DNA from: Actinomycetes bacterium
Lineage (GTDB): Bacteria; Actinomycetota; Thermoleophilia; Gaiellales; F1-60-MAGs149
DNA: 64,000 bases
Reading direction: 5' to 3'
Assembly: GCA_025360225.1 (NCBI GenBank)
Contig: JANYCN010000042.1
Location: 112,302 to 176,301 of the forward strand
A program made the position numbers and the translations under genes. Shown in pieces: positions 50,982 to 60,618 of this stretch. The notes beneath the pieces are model-generated. The model had not been told where the DNA came from, made no database searches, and saw nothing but the letters and a program-made list of their open reading frames with translations. The first letter of the stretch is position 1. Every line of letters begins with the position of its first letter.

Positions 50982-53231
50982 ATGACGTTGCGTACCCCCC
51001 TCATCCGAGCGGCAATGGTCGCGGCCACTCTCGTGGTGCTCGTCGCCCCGAACGCGCTCGCCGCGGACGCGTCCGGTGGCGTCCAGCAACATCGGCTCTC
51101 TCTCCCCGCCGCGCGAGGCGCTGGCTGGGTGACCCTCCCGACGACGTCCGGTCGGCGGTTCTCGATGGTCGGCCTCCGCTGGGATGGCGGCAGCAGCGCG
51201 CGTTTCGCGGTACGCGCTCGCCTGGCGAACCGCGCCTTCGGTCCGTGGACGGAGCTTGACGTTGCCGGCATGCGCTCGTCGCCTACCGCGTCGCCGGCAG
51301 CGACGTGGATGGCCGACCCCGTATGGGTCGGACCGTCGGACGCCGTCCAGGTGCGCTTCGCCGGCCAGGTGCGTCGCCTGGTCGTCGTGCTGGTGAACCC
51401 TGGCCCAGACCCGGCGCTTCGCCCGTCGCACCGGCGGGCCGCAACCCCTGACCCGACGATCATCACGCGTGCTGATTGGGGCGCCGACGAGACGATCCGG
51501 AAAGGGACTCCCGTCCTCGCGCCGAGGCTCACGGCGGCGTTCGTGCACGCCACGCTCACCCCGAACGGCTACGCCCCCGGCAAGGCGACGGAGATCGTTC
51601 GCGGCATCTACCTGTACCAGGTGAAGGGCAACGGCTGGGCGGACATTGGGTACAACTTCCTCGTCGACTCGTCGGGCCGCGTCTACGAGGGGCGCTACGG
51701 CGGCGTCGGACAGAACGTCGTCGGGCAACAGACGACCGGTTTCGACGCCGGTACCGTTGGCATCGCGCTGATCGGTGACTACCGGACGACCGCGCCGCCC
51801 GCGGCGATGATCACCTCGCTCGAGGCGCTGCTCGCCTGGCGCCTAGACGTTGCCCACGTCGACCCGAGCGGCCACGCGACGCTCGTCTCGACGGGCAACG
51901 AGCGTTTCAAGAAGGGCGTCAAGGTGACGTTCAACGTCATCAGCGCGCACGCCGACGCCGGGCGGACGGACTGTCCGGGCGCGAAGGTCGTCGCGCGGCT
52001 CCCGGCGATTCGACTCGCAGCAGCGATGGGCGGGCTCCACGTGTGGAACCCGACGCTCACGCCGGCGACGATCCGGGCAAGCGGGGCGGCGATCGTACCG
52101 ATCCGCTTCCGCGCAACGCTGTCGGCGAGCGCTGCCTGGACCGTGACGATCAAGACGACGGCTGACGTGCCGATCGCCACCCTGACGGGCACCGGAACCG
52201 CGCTCGACGCCACCTGGGACGGCACCACTCTCGTCACGCCGCTACCGCGCGCTGACACGCTCGTCTGGGAGATCTCGGCCGTTGCCGGCGGCGTCCAGGC
52301 GCGTGTTGCCAACGGGGCGTTCGATGGCTCTGGCGCGCCGCTCGGTGTAGGTGGCGGGACGACGGGGAGCCCGGCGCTCACGAACCTCGCCGCGACGCCG
52401 AAGGCGATCGCTGCGTCCGCAACCGGTACCGTCTCGGGCGCCGTCGGCTGGACGCAGGGCCAGGCTGGTACTGCCAGGGTGACCGTGATCGGCGCAGCCG
52501 GCGCCGTCGTGGCGGTCGTGCACGAGGCGTCCGAGCTTCCCGCGGGCGCCCAGAGGTTCACGTGGGACGGCACCGGGATCGCCGGGCCAGTCGCCAGCGG
52601 TCACTACCGCTACCGGATCGAGATCCAACCGGACGGTGCGGTTGCGGCGACGGCGGCGACGGTCGCGGTCGACCTCCGCCGACAGGTCGGTCCGCTCACG
52701 GTGACGACGGTGATCGCGCCCGGGAAGGCCGGCCACGACGTCGCGACGATCGCCTTCGCCCGCTTCGAGCGCGGCCCGGTGACGATCCGCCTTCTCAAGG
52801 GTGCGACGGTGGTCGCAAACGTCGCGCTGCTCTACGACCAGATGCCGGCGCCCTTCACGTACGCGTGGGGGGGCGGTGGTGTCGCGGACGGCGCCTACCA
52901 GCTGGAGGTGCTCGCGCCTGGCGCTGGCGGGGTGCTCGACCTGAAGGCGCCGATCACCGTCGACACGACGGGCCCTGTCCTCGGCGCGAAGACCGTCACG
53001 CGCACCGCGAGAGGGACGATGGTCGCCATCCTTCGCGTCTCTGAGCCCGGCACGCTCTCGGTCACGGTCGGCTCGAAGGTGGTGCGCACGATCACCGTTG
53101 CGAAGGCAGGGCTCGTGACGGTTCGGGTCGCGATCGCGGCGCTCGGTGCTCGGCGCACCGCCACGATCACCGGCACCGACGCGCTCGGCAACCTGACACG
53201 CAAGCCCTTGCGCGTGACCGCTCCGCGGTAG
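50982..53231 (+). CDS. secreted N-acetylmuramoyl-L-alanine amidase (Amidase_2/PGRP domain) with C-terminal Ig-like (FlgD_ig-type) repeats
   Basis: Frame of ORF 50457..53231, start at ATG 50982 with signal peptide (...LVVLVAPNALA). ADWGADE, GWADIGYNFLVDSSGRVYEGR, HADAGRTDCPG. Repeats with GHYRYRIEI / GAYQLEVLA. Confidence 0.8.
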   Translation: MTLRTPLIRAAMVAATLVVLVAPNALAADASGGVQQHRLSLPAARGAGWVTLPTTSGRRFSMVGLRWDGGSSARFAVRARLANRAFGPWTELDVAGMRSSPTASPAATWMADPVWVGPSDAVQVRFAGQVRRLVVVLVNPGPDPALRPSHRRAATPDPTIITRADWGADETIRKGTPVLAPRLTAAFVHATLTPNGYAPGKATEIVRGIYLYQVKGNGWADIGYNFLVDSSGRVYEGRYGGVGQNVVGQQTTGFDAGTVGIALIGDYRTTAPPAAMITSLEALLAWRLDVAHVDPSGHATLVSTGNERFKKGVKVTFNVISAHADAGRTDCPGAKVVARLPAIRLAAAMGGLHVWNPTLTPATIRASGAAIVPIRFRATLSASAAWTVTIKTTADVPIATLTGTGTALDATWDGTTLVTPLPRADTLVWEISAVAGGVQARVANGAFDGSGAPLGVGGGTTGSPALTNLAATPKAIAASATGTVSGAVGWTQGQAGTARVTVIGAAGAVVAVVHEASELPAGAQRFTWDGTGIAGPVASGHYRYRIEIQPDGAVAATAATVAVDLRRQVGPLTVTTVIAPGKAGHDVATIAFARFERGPVTIRLLKGATVVANVALLYDQMPAPFTYAWGGGGVADGAYQLEVLAPGAGGVLDLKAPITVDTTGPVLGAKTVTRTARGTMVAILRVSEPGTLSVTVGSKVVRTITVAKAGLVTVRVAIAALGARRTATITGTDALGNLTRKPLRVTAPR

Positions 53232-53291
53232 CGCCCTCCTGGCTTGAACGATCGCGTCTGGGGCTCAACGGGCTTTGCTTAGGGAGCTCTC

Positions 53292-53915
53292 ATGATCAGC
53301 CCGTATCGTCCTCCCGTGGGCGAGGCAGGGGTTGAGGGGAACGAGCGGCTTACGGGCGCCGTGGCGGCGGTTCTGTTCGTGTTGCTGGCGATCGAGGGCG
53401 TGACGATCATCACGCTCGACCAGACGATGCCATGGCACGTCTTCATCGGGGTGCTGCTGATCCCGCCGGCCCTGCTGAAGGTCGTCTCCACCTCCTACCG
53501 GATGATCCGGTACTACACCGGCGGCGCCGCCTACGTGGAGCGGGGCGTACCAGCCACCTACCTCCGTCTCCTCGGCCCGGTCGTGGTGTTGGCAACGATC
53601 GGCGTGCTTGGGAGCGGCGTGGTGTTGCTTGCGTTCGGCGAGAGCGCACGCTGGGCGCGCGACCTGCACCAGGCGTCCTTCATCGTCTTCCTGTTCAGCA
53701 CCGCGGTACACGTGCTCGCCCACCTGCGTGAGACCCCTCGCCTGGCACGAGCCGACTACCGCCGCGCGCCTCGCCTCAAGGGCGCCCCGGCTCGGCGGTT
53801 CCTGGTCGTCGTCGCGCTGCTCGGTGGTGTCGCGGCCGGCTCGATCGCCGTTGCGTACGACGGCGCGTGGGTTCATCGACAGCACCGCGACCGTGGTGGC
53901 AGGAACGACGGATAG
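53292..53915 (+). CDS. hypothetical integral membrane protein (4-5 predicted helices)
   Basis: Hydrophobic segments AVAAVLFVLLAI, VFIGVLLIPPALL, LLGPVVVLATIGVLGSGVVLLAF, ASFIVFLFSTAVHVLAHL, FLVVVALLGGVAAGSIAVA. No family recognised. Confidence 0.55.
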   Translation: MISPYRPPVGEAGVEGNERLTGAVAAVLFVLLAIEGVTIITLDQTMPWHVFIGVLLIPPALLKVVSTSYRMIRYYTGGAAYVERGVPATYLRLLGPVVVLATIGVLGSGVVLLAFGESARWARDLHQASFIVFLFSTAVHVLAHLRETPRLARADYRRAPRLKGAPARRFLVVVALLGGVAAGSIAVAYDGAWVHRQHRDRGGRNDG

Positions 53916-53930
53916 CCGCCGCGCTCACGC

Positions 53931-54554
53931 TCATTGCTGTGCCGGCACCGTCGTCCGCGTCGCGTCAAGCGGGATCGACTCGAGCACCGTCGCGATGCGC
54001 GCCAGCTCGGCGCGGGCGCTGCGCTCAGCGAGGTCTGGGCGGTGCACGCAGCCGTTGATGACGATGCCGGCGAGCTCGAGACCGCGGCGCTTGATCGCCT
54101 CCGCGGTGAGCGCCGTGCGGTTCAGGCATCCCAGCGTCGGGCGAACGACGATCACCACCGGGAGGGCGATCGCCACGGCAAGGTCGGCGAACGTGAGGCT
54201 ACCGGCGAGCGGTGTCAGGAAGCCTCCCGAGGACTCCACGATGACACCGTCGGTCGCTGCACGCAGCTCCTCCGCCGCCTCGACCATCGCCTCGATCGTC
54301 GGCTCCTGCGCGTGTTGCAGACGGGCCGAGACGGCGGGATCGAGGGGTGCGAGGTAGCGGTAGACCGTTGCGCAGACCGTGCCGGGAGCCGCCGCGGCGA
54401 CGATCCGCGCATCATCCTGGCCACCGGTCTCGACCGGCTTCAGGTAGCCAGGCTTGCGTCCCCGCGCGAGCGCGTGAAGGGCGGCGAGCCCCGCCACGCG
54501 GGTCTTCCCCTCGCCGGCGTCGACCGCAGTCAAGAACACGTCGAGCGGCGTCAT
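53931..54554 (-). CDS. bioD: dethiobiotin synthase
   Basis: P-loop-like TAVDAGEGKT, KPVETGG, VESSGGFLTP blocks. Confidence 0.8.
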   Translation of the reverse strand: MTPLDVFLTAVDAGEGKTRVAGLAALHALARGRKPGYLKPVETGGQDDARIVAAAAPGTVCATVYRYLAPLDPAVSARLQHAQEPTIEAMVEAAEELRAATDGVIVESSGGFLTPLAGSLTFADLAVAIALPVVIVVRPTLGCLNRTALTAEAIKRRGLELAGIVINGCVHRPDLAERSARAELARIATVLESIPLDATRTTVPAQQ

Positions 54555-55315
54555 CGGACCCTCGTCACCTCTCCAGCCTCGAACGCCCGATCCTCGCCAT
54601 CCGCGAGCCGGACGACGAGGCGTCCCGACCCGTCGACGCCGCGTCCAGTGCCGGCGATCGGCCCGGTCGGCGTCTCGATCTCCAGCTCGACACCGGCGAG
54701 CTCGTCGAGCGCGGCGTAGCGATCGAACAGGGCGCGGAAGCCGAGCGCCTCGAACTCGCGGTACGCCGCTTGCAGGCGGTCGACCACCGCGTGCAGGAGC
54801 GCGAGGCGATCGGTCGTCGCGCCGGTCTCGACGAGCAGCGACGTTGCCGGCAAGCGATCGGTGTCGGGGAGGTCAGCTGCCGGAACGTTGACGTTGATGC
54901 CGATGCCGAGGATCACGTACGGGTCGCGGTCGGCCGGGGTCTCGAGCTCGGCAAGGATCCCCGCAAGCTTCGCGCCGCCGATCACGACGTCGTTTGGCCA
55001 GCGCAGGCGGGCGGGCACGGGCAGCGCCTCGGCGACGGCGATCCCGGCGACGAGCGTGAGCGGTGCGAGGGCCTCGATCGGCGTGTCGGGCCGCAGGAGC
55101 AGCGAGAACATCAGACACTGCCCGGGTTGCGACACCCACGTGCGTCCGCGCCGGCCACGACCCGCCGTCTGCTGATCGGCGACGGCGATGAACCCTTCCG
55201 GCCCCAGCGTGCCCGCAGCGGCGCGGACGATGTCCTGCGTCGACGGCGCGTCGGGCAGGAACGAGCCGAGCTGACCGAACCGCGCTGAGGTCATGGGGCT
55301 TCCCGGACGTGCCAC
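54551..55315 (-). CDS. birA: biotin--[acetyl-CoA-carboxylase] ligase
   Basis: QTAGRGRRGRTW signature. No N-terminal HTH is evident (group I type). Start uncertain. Confidence 0.85.
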   Translation of the reverse strand: MARPGSPMTSARFGQLGSFLPDAPSTQDIVRAAAGTLGPEGFIAVADQQTAGRGRRGRTWVSQPGQCLMFSLLLRPDTPIEALAPLTLVAGIAVAEALPVPARLRWPNDVVIGGAKLAGILAELETPADRDPYVILGIGINVNVPAADLPDTDRLPATSLLVETGATTDRLALLHAVVDRLQAAYREFEALGFRALFDRYAALDELAGVELEIETPTGPIAGTGRGVDGSGRLVVRLADGEDRAFEAGEVTRVR

Positions 55316-55335
55316 GTCGCCTACAATAGCCGCCC

Positions 55336-55779
55336 GTGCCCGCTATGGATGTTGCAGCGATCGAAGCGGTGATCCCTCACCGCCACCCATTCCGGTTCGT
55401 CGACGAGATCGTCGCGATCGTTCCGGGAGTCTCAGCGACCGGGCGGTACGCGATCACCGGCGAGGAGTGGTACCTCAAGGGGCACTTTCCCGGCAACCCG
55501 ATCGTTCCCGGCGTCGTGATGGTCGAGGCGCTCGCCCAGACCGCGGCCCTCTGTGCGCTCACCCACCCCGATCACGCCGGCAAGTTCGGCGTGTTCGCAG
55601 CGATCGACGACACGCGGTTCACGCGGATCGTGCGGCCTGGCGACGTTCTCACGCTGAACGTGACGATGGACCGCCTCCGCGGCCGTCTCGGCCGTTGCTC
55701 GGCCGAGATCCGTGTCGGTGACGAGGTAGCGGTTCGCGGCATGCTCACGTTCGGGCTCCTTGAGGAGCCGCCGACGTGA
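55336..55779 (+). CDS. fabZ: 3-hydroxyacyl-ACP dehydratase FabZ
   Basis: IPHRHPFRFVD...GHFPGNPIVPGVVMVEALAQ hot-dog signature. Confidence 0.9.
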   Translation: MPAMDVAAIEAVIPHRHPFRFVDEIVAIVPGVSATGRYAITGEEWYLKGHFPGNPIVPGVVMVEALAQTAALCALTHPDHAGKFGVFAAIDDTRFTRIVRPGDVLTLNVTMDRLRGRLGRCSAEIRVGDEVAVRGMLTFGLLEEPPT

Positions 55780-56765
55780 TCGGTGCGCTGCGCTCGTCGA
55801 TGGGCGTGATCGGTGTCGGCGCCGCTGTGCCCGAGCGCGTGATGACGAACGCCGAGATCGCCGCGCGGATCGACACGTCCGACGCCTGGATCCGTGAGCG
55901 CACCGGCATCGGCGAACGCCGCATCGTCGCCGAGGACGAGTTCTGCTCCGACCTCGCGCTCGCCGCCGCGGAACGCGCGCTCGAGCGCTCCGGGATCGCC
56001 CCGGCGGAGATCGATCTCGTCCTCGTCGCGACGTGCACGCCCGACGCCTACTTCCCCTCCGTGGCAGCGCTCGTCGCCGACCGTCTTGGCGCGCACGCCG
56101 CTGCTGCCAACGACCTCTCGGCCGCGTGCACGGGGTTCGTCTATGGGATGGCGAGTGCCGTTACCCACGTGCAGTCCGGCATGGCGGAGAACGTGCTGGT
56201 GATCGGGGCGGAGACGATGTCGCGCATCCTTGACTGGGACGACCGCGGCACCTGCATCCTCTTCGGCGACGGCGCTGGCGCCTGCGTCGTCTCGGCGAAC
56301 GCCCAGAGCGAGCGGGTCGTCGCGCTCGAGCTCGGCTCCGACGGGTCACGGGCTGACGACCTCGTGGTGCGCGCGCTGCGCGCGAACCCGAACGTGATTG
56401 AGATGAACGGCCGTGAGGTGTTCAAGTTCGCGACGCGGGTGATGGTCGACTCGGTTACCCGCGTGCTCGACGTCGCCGGTGCGACGATCGACGACGTCGA
56501 TTGGCTCGTGCCGCACCAGGCGAACATCCGCATCATCGACCACGCGACGAAGAAGCTCGGGATCGACCCGTCGAAGGTGTTGTCGAACCTCGACCGGTAC
56601 GGCAACACGTCGTCCGCCTCGATCCCGCTCTGCCTCGACGAGGCGTGGGCTGACGGGCGGCTGCAGAAGGGCGACCGGGTGTTGATGGTCGGCTTCGGCG
56701 GTGGCCTCACGTGGGGCTCGTGCTTGATGGACTGGGCCGCCGAGCCCGCAGGGAAGGTCCAGTGA
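55776..56765 (+). CDS. fabH: beta-ketoacyl-ACP synthase III
   Basis: AACTGFVYG (Cys), PHQANIRI (His), GNTSSASIP (Asn). Confidence 0.9.
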   Translation: MIGALRSSMGVIGVGAAVPERVMTNAEIAARIDTSDAWIRERTGIGERRIVAEDEFCSDLALAAAERALERSGIAPAEIDLVLVATCTPDAYFPSVAALVADRLGAHAAAANDLSAACTGFVYGMASAVTHVQSGMAENVLVIGAETMSRILDWDDRGTCILFGDGAGACVVSANAQSERVVALELGSDGSRADDLVVRALRANPNVIEMNGREVFKFATRVMVDSVTRVLDVAGATIDDVDWLVPHQANIRIIDHATKKLGIDPSKVLSNLDRYGNTSSASIPLCLDEAWADGRLQKGDRVLMVGFGGGLTWGSCLMDWAAEPAGKVQ

Positions 56766-57688
56766 TCGGCAAGGTCGCGTTCTGCTTCCCCGGCCAGGGC
56801 TCGCAGGAGGTCGGCATGGGAGCCGCGATCGCAGCCGCCTACCCGGCCTCCCAAGCGGTGTTCGACACCGCCGCCGCCGCGCTCGGGTTCGACCTCGCGG
56901 CGCTCTGCTTCGACGGTCCGCTCGATGCCCTCTCGGCGACAGACGTGACGCAGCCGGCGCTTCTCGCAGCGTCCCTTGCCTCGCTCGCGGCGGTTCGCGA
57001 GGCGGGCGTCGCGGCCGACGTCGCCGTCGGGCACTCCGTCGGCGAGTACGGCGCGCTCGTCGCCGCCGGCGCGGTTGAAGCTGCTGACGCTTTCCGGCTC
57101 GTGCGTGCCCGTGGCATCGCCACCGCCGCCGCCGCCGAGGCCTCTCCCGGCGCTATGGCGGCGATCCTCGGGCTGGATGACGGCGTCCTCGAGCGCCTCT
57201 GTGCCGGTATTGACGGGGTCTGGGCGGCGAACTACAACTGCCCGGGGCAGCTCGTGGTATCCGGCACCGGGCCGGGTGTCGACGCGCTGATCAGCGCTGC
57301 CACGGAGGCCGGTGCGCGACGCGCGATGCGCCTCAACGTTGCTGGCGGGTTCCACTCACCGCTCACCGCGACGGCCGCGACGACGCTCGCACCAGCGATC
57401 GCCGCGACCGCCTTCAGCGAGCCATTGATCGGGTTCTTCTCGACGACGACGTGTGGCTACGAGACCGCCGAGACGATCCCTCGCGTGCTCGTCGAGCAGC
57501 TCTCTGCGCCCGTCCGGTTCACCCAGTCGGTGCAGGCGCTCGTCGCCGATGGCGTCACGCTGTTCGTCGAGCTCGGCGCGGGATCGGTACTCTCCGGACT
57601 CGTGAAGCGCATCGATCGCAGCGTTCAGGCGGTCTCGGTGTCCACGCCCGAGCACGTCACGAGGCTCCTGGAGGTCGTTCGTGGCTGA
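56762..57688 (+). CDS. fabD: ACP S-malonyltransferase
   Basis: GTG 56762 overlaps the fabH stop (GTGA). FPGQGSQ and GHSVGEY motifs. Confidence 0.9.
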   Translation: MIGKVAFCFPGQGSQEVGMGAAIAAAYPASQAVFDTAAAALGFDLAALCFDGPLDALSATDVTQPALLAASLASLAAVREAGVAADVAVGHSVGEYGALVAAGAVEAADAFRLVRARGIATAAAAEASPGAMAAILGLDDGVLERLCAGIDGVWAANYNCPGQLVVSGTGPGVDALISAATEAGARRAMRLNVAGGFHSPLTATAATTLAPAIAATAFSEPLIGFFSTTTCGYETAETIPRVLVEQLSAPVRFTQSVQALVADGVTLFVELGAGSVLSGLVKRIDRSVQAVSVSTPEHVTRLLEVVRG

Positions 57689-58430
57689 CCTGACCGGTCG
57701 CGTGACGCTCGTCACCGGTGGCTCTCGTGGCATCGGGCGGGCGATCTCCCTCGAGCTGGCCCGTGCTGGCGCCCGCGTCGCCGTCAACTACGCGGCTCGC
57801 CCTGACGCCGCCGAGGAGGTCGTTGCCGCGATCAGGGCTGCGGGCGGCGAGGCCGTTGCGCTGAAGGGCAACGTCGCTAACCCTGACGAGGCAGCCGCGC
57901 TCGTGGAGCAGACCGAGGCGGCGTTCGGCGACGACCTGTACCACGTCGTCTGCAACGCCGGCATCACTCGCGACAACCTGATGGCGCGCATCGACACGGC
58001 GGCGTGGGACGAGGTGATCGACGTAAACCTTGGTGGCACGTTTCACGTCTGCAAGGCGGCCTCGCGTCGGCTGTTGCGTAAGCGCCGTGGCGCGATCGTG
58101 ACGATGGCGAGCGTCGTCGGCGTCCATGGCAACGCCGGACAGACCAACTACGCGGCGTCAAAGGGTGGCGTGATCGCGCTCACCAAGGCGCTCGCGAAGG
58201 AGGTCGGCTCGCGCGGCATCCGCGTGAACTGCATCGCCCCTGGGTACATCACGACCGAGCTGACCGACGTCTTGAACGAGACGGTGCGCGGAGGGATCCT
58301 CGCCGCGACGCCGCTCGCGCGGCTCGGCGATCCGGAGGACGTCGCTCGCGTCACGCGGTTCCTGCTCTCCGACGACGCGGCGTACATCACCGGTGCGGTG
58401 ATCCCGGTCGACGGTGGGATGGGAATGTGA
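57681..58430 (+). CDS. fabG: 3-oxoacyl-ACP reductase
   Basis: TGGSRGIG, NAG, YAASKGG (YxxxK). Confidence 0.9.
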   Translation: MADLTGRVTLVTGGSRGIGRAISLELARAGARVAVNYAARPDAAEEVVAAIRAAGGEAVALKGNVANPDEAAALVEQTEAAFGDDLYHVVCNAGITRDNLMARIDTAAWDEVIDVNLGGTFHVCKAASRRLLRKRRGAIVTMASVVGVHGNAGQTNYAASKGGVIALTKALAKEVGSRGIRVNCIAPGYITTELTDVLNETVRGGILAATPLARLGDPEDVARVTRFLLSDDAAYITGAVIPVDGGMGM

Positions 58431-59671
58431 CCGTGCGGCGTCGCGTCGTCATCACCGGCATCGGCGCAGTGAACGCCGTTGGCAACGGCATCAGCGATCT
58501 GACGGAGGGCCTGCGCACGGGTCGGCCGGGCGGCTCGCCGATCACGACCTTCGACGTGTCCGAGAGCCCTGTGAAGATCGGCTGCTCGGTACAGGAATTC
58601 GACCCCGGCCTGGCAATGGACCGCAAGGCGGCTCGCCGGTCCGATCGCTACAGCCACTTCGCCGTCGCTGCGGCGAGGGAGGCGGTGACCATGGCGGGCC
58701 TCGAGATCGCGCCGATCGCCGAGCGCGTCGGCACCTCGATCGGGTCGGGCATCGGTGGCATGCACACGCTCGAGGTCGCTCACAGGCACCTCTTCGACAA
58801 GGGGATCGACCGTTTCTCGCCGTTCTGGGTGCCGGCCCTGATCCCGAACATGGGCGCGGCGACGGTGTCGATGGAGCTCGGCACCCGCGGTCCGCTGATC
58901 GCCTCGTGCACCGCGTGCGCCGCGAGCACCATGGCGATCGGCGACGCGACGATGTACATTCGCGCTGGCATGGCGGACGTGATGCTGGCGGGAGGCGCCG
59001 AGGCAGCCGTGACACCGATGGGTCTTGGCGGCTTCAACGGGATGCGCGCGATGTCGACGCGAAACGACGATCCAGCTGGCGCGAGCCGACCGTTCGACGC
59101 GGACCGCGACGGGCTCGTGATCGGCGAGGGTGGCGCGGTGCTGGTGCTCGAGGGGCTCGACCACGCCCAGGCGCGTGGCGCGACGATCCTCGCCGAGGTC
59201 GTCGGCTACGGCCTCTCCAGCGACGCGCTCCACGTGACCGAGCCCGACCCGACCGGGCAGAACCCGGCGCGGGCGATCCTCATGGCGCTTGCGGACGCAG
59301 GTCGGACCGTCGCTGAGGTTGACTACGTCAACGCGCACGGCACCTCCACCCCGGTCGGTGATGCTGCTGAGACGCGCGTTCTGAAGCGGGTCTTCGGCGA
59401 CCGTGCGTACGACGTGCCGGTGTCGTCAACGAAGTCGATGACCGGCCACATGCTCGGCGCGGCTGGGGCCACGGAGGCCGTGATCTGCGTCATCGCGATG
59501 ACGGAAGGGTTCCTGCCGCCGACGATCAACCTGGAGACGCCCGACCCGGCGTGTGACCTCGACTACGTCCCCAACGTGGCGCGCCCAGCCCGGCCGAACG
59601 TCGTGATCTCGAACGGCTTCGGCTTCGGTGGTCACAACTCGTGCCTCGTGCTCGAGCGCTGGGCGGGCTGA
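58427..59671 (+). CDS. fabF: beta-ketoacyl-ACP synthase II
   Basis: CTACAAS (Cys), NAHGTSTP, GHMLGAAG. GTG overlaps the fabG stop. Confidence 0.9.
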   Translation: MTVRRRVVITGIGAVNAVGNGISDLTEGLRTGRPGGSPITTFDVSESPVKIGCSVQEFDPGLAMDRKAARRSDRYSHFAVAAAREAVTMAGLEIAPIAERVGTSIGSGIGGMHTLEVAHRHLFDKGIDRFSPFWVPALIPNMGAATVSMELGTRGPLIASCTACAASTMAIGDATMYIRAGMADVMLAGGAEAAVTPMGLGGFNGMRAMSTRNDDPAGASRPFDADRDGLVIGEGGAVLVLEGLDHAQARGATILAEVVGYGLSSDALHVTEPDPTGQNPARAILMALADAGRTVAEVDYVNAHGTSTPVGDAAETRVLKRVFGDRAYDVPVSSTKSMTGHMLGAAGATEAVICVIAMTEGFLPPTINLETPDPACDLDYVPNVARPARPNVVISNGFGFGGHNSCLVLERWAG

Positions 59672-59679
59672 CGGCAGCC

Positions 59680-60618
59680 GTGGCCGAGATCTCGGTCAAC
59701 ATCCAGCGGGACGGCGACGACCCGCGTCCGACGACCGCGCGTAAGGACCCGAACACCTGCCCGACCTGTCGCTCGCACTACCGCGCAGACGAGCTCGTGG
59801 CGCTCCTGCGGGTCTGCCGGCAGTGCGGCCACCACTTCGTCGTCGGCGCCCGCGAGCGGATCGCTCAGCTGTGCGACCCCGGCTCGTTCGTCGAGCACGC
59901 TGCCGATCTGCGCAGCGCCGATCCGCTCGCCTTCATCGACCTGAAGGCGTACGCCGACCGCCTCACCGACGCGGAGCTCGCGACAGGGCTTGGCGACGCG
60001 ATCACCGTCGGCGTCGGGACGATCGGTGGAAGCCCGACGGCGCTTGCGGTGATGGACTTCGGGTTCCTCGGCGGCTCGATGGGCAGCGTCGTCGGCGAGA
60101 AGCTCGCGGTCGCCTCCGACCTCGCGGTCGCGCGCGGCGTGCCACTGATCGCCGTCGCCGCATCCGGCGGCGCGCGGATGCAGGAGAACATCCTCGCCCT
60201 GATGCAGATGGCGAAGACCGTGATGGCCATTGATCAGCTTCGCGACGCTCGCCTGCCGTTCATCTCGGTGTGCACGCATCCGACGACCGGCGGTGTGATC
60301 GCGTCGTTCGCCGCGCTTGGCGACGTGACGCTCGCCGAGCCGGACGCCTTGATGTCGTTCGCGGGCCCGCGGGTCGTGCAGGACACGACGAAGGAGCGGC
60401 TGCCTGACGACTTCGGACGGTCGCACGCGAACCTCCGACTTGGCCACGTCGACGCGGTCGTTCCGCGCTCCGAGCTGGCTGCGACGCTCGCCCGGCTCCT
60501 GCGTCTGTTCGCCGGGTCGATCCCCGAGCCCGTCGTTCCCGCCCCGCCGAGGGCCGCCCCGCCGTCGTTGGGCCAGCGCCTCGCCAGCCTCTTCCGTCGG
60601 GGAGCGAGCCGTGGTTAG
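59680..60618 (+). CDS. accD: acetyl-CoA carboxylase carboxyltransferase beta subunit
   Basis: Zn ribbon CPTC...CRQCGHH. Start GTG 59680 (or GTG 59641, overlapping fabF by 31 nt). Confidence 0.85.
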   Translation: MAEISVNIQRDGDDPRPTTARKDPNTCPTCRSHYRADELVALLRVCRQCGHHFVVGARERIAQLCDPGSFVEHAADLRSADPLAFIDLKAYADRLTDAELATGLGDAITVGVGTIGGSPTALAVMDFGFLGGSMGSVVGEKLAVASDLAVARGVPLIAVAASGGARMQENILALMQMAKTVMAIDQLRDARLPFISVCTHPTTGGVIASFAALGDVTLAEPDALMSFAGPRVVQDTTKERLPDDFGRSHANLRLGHVDAVVPRSELAATLARLLRLFAGSIPEPVVPAPPRAAPPSLGQRLASLFRRGASRG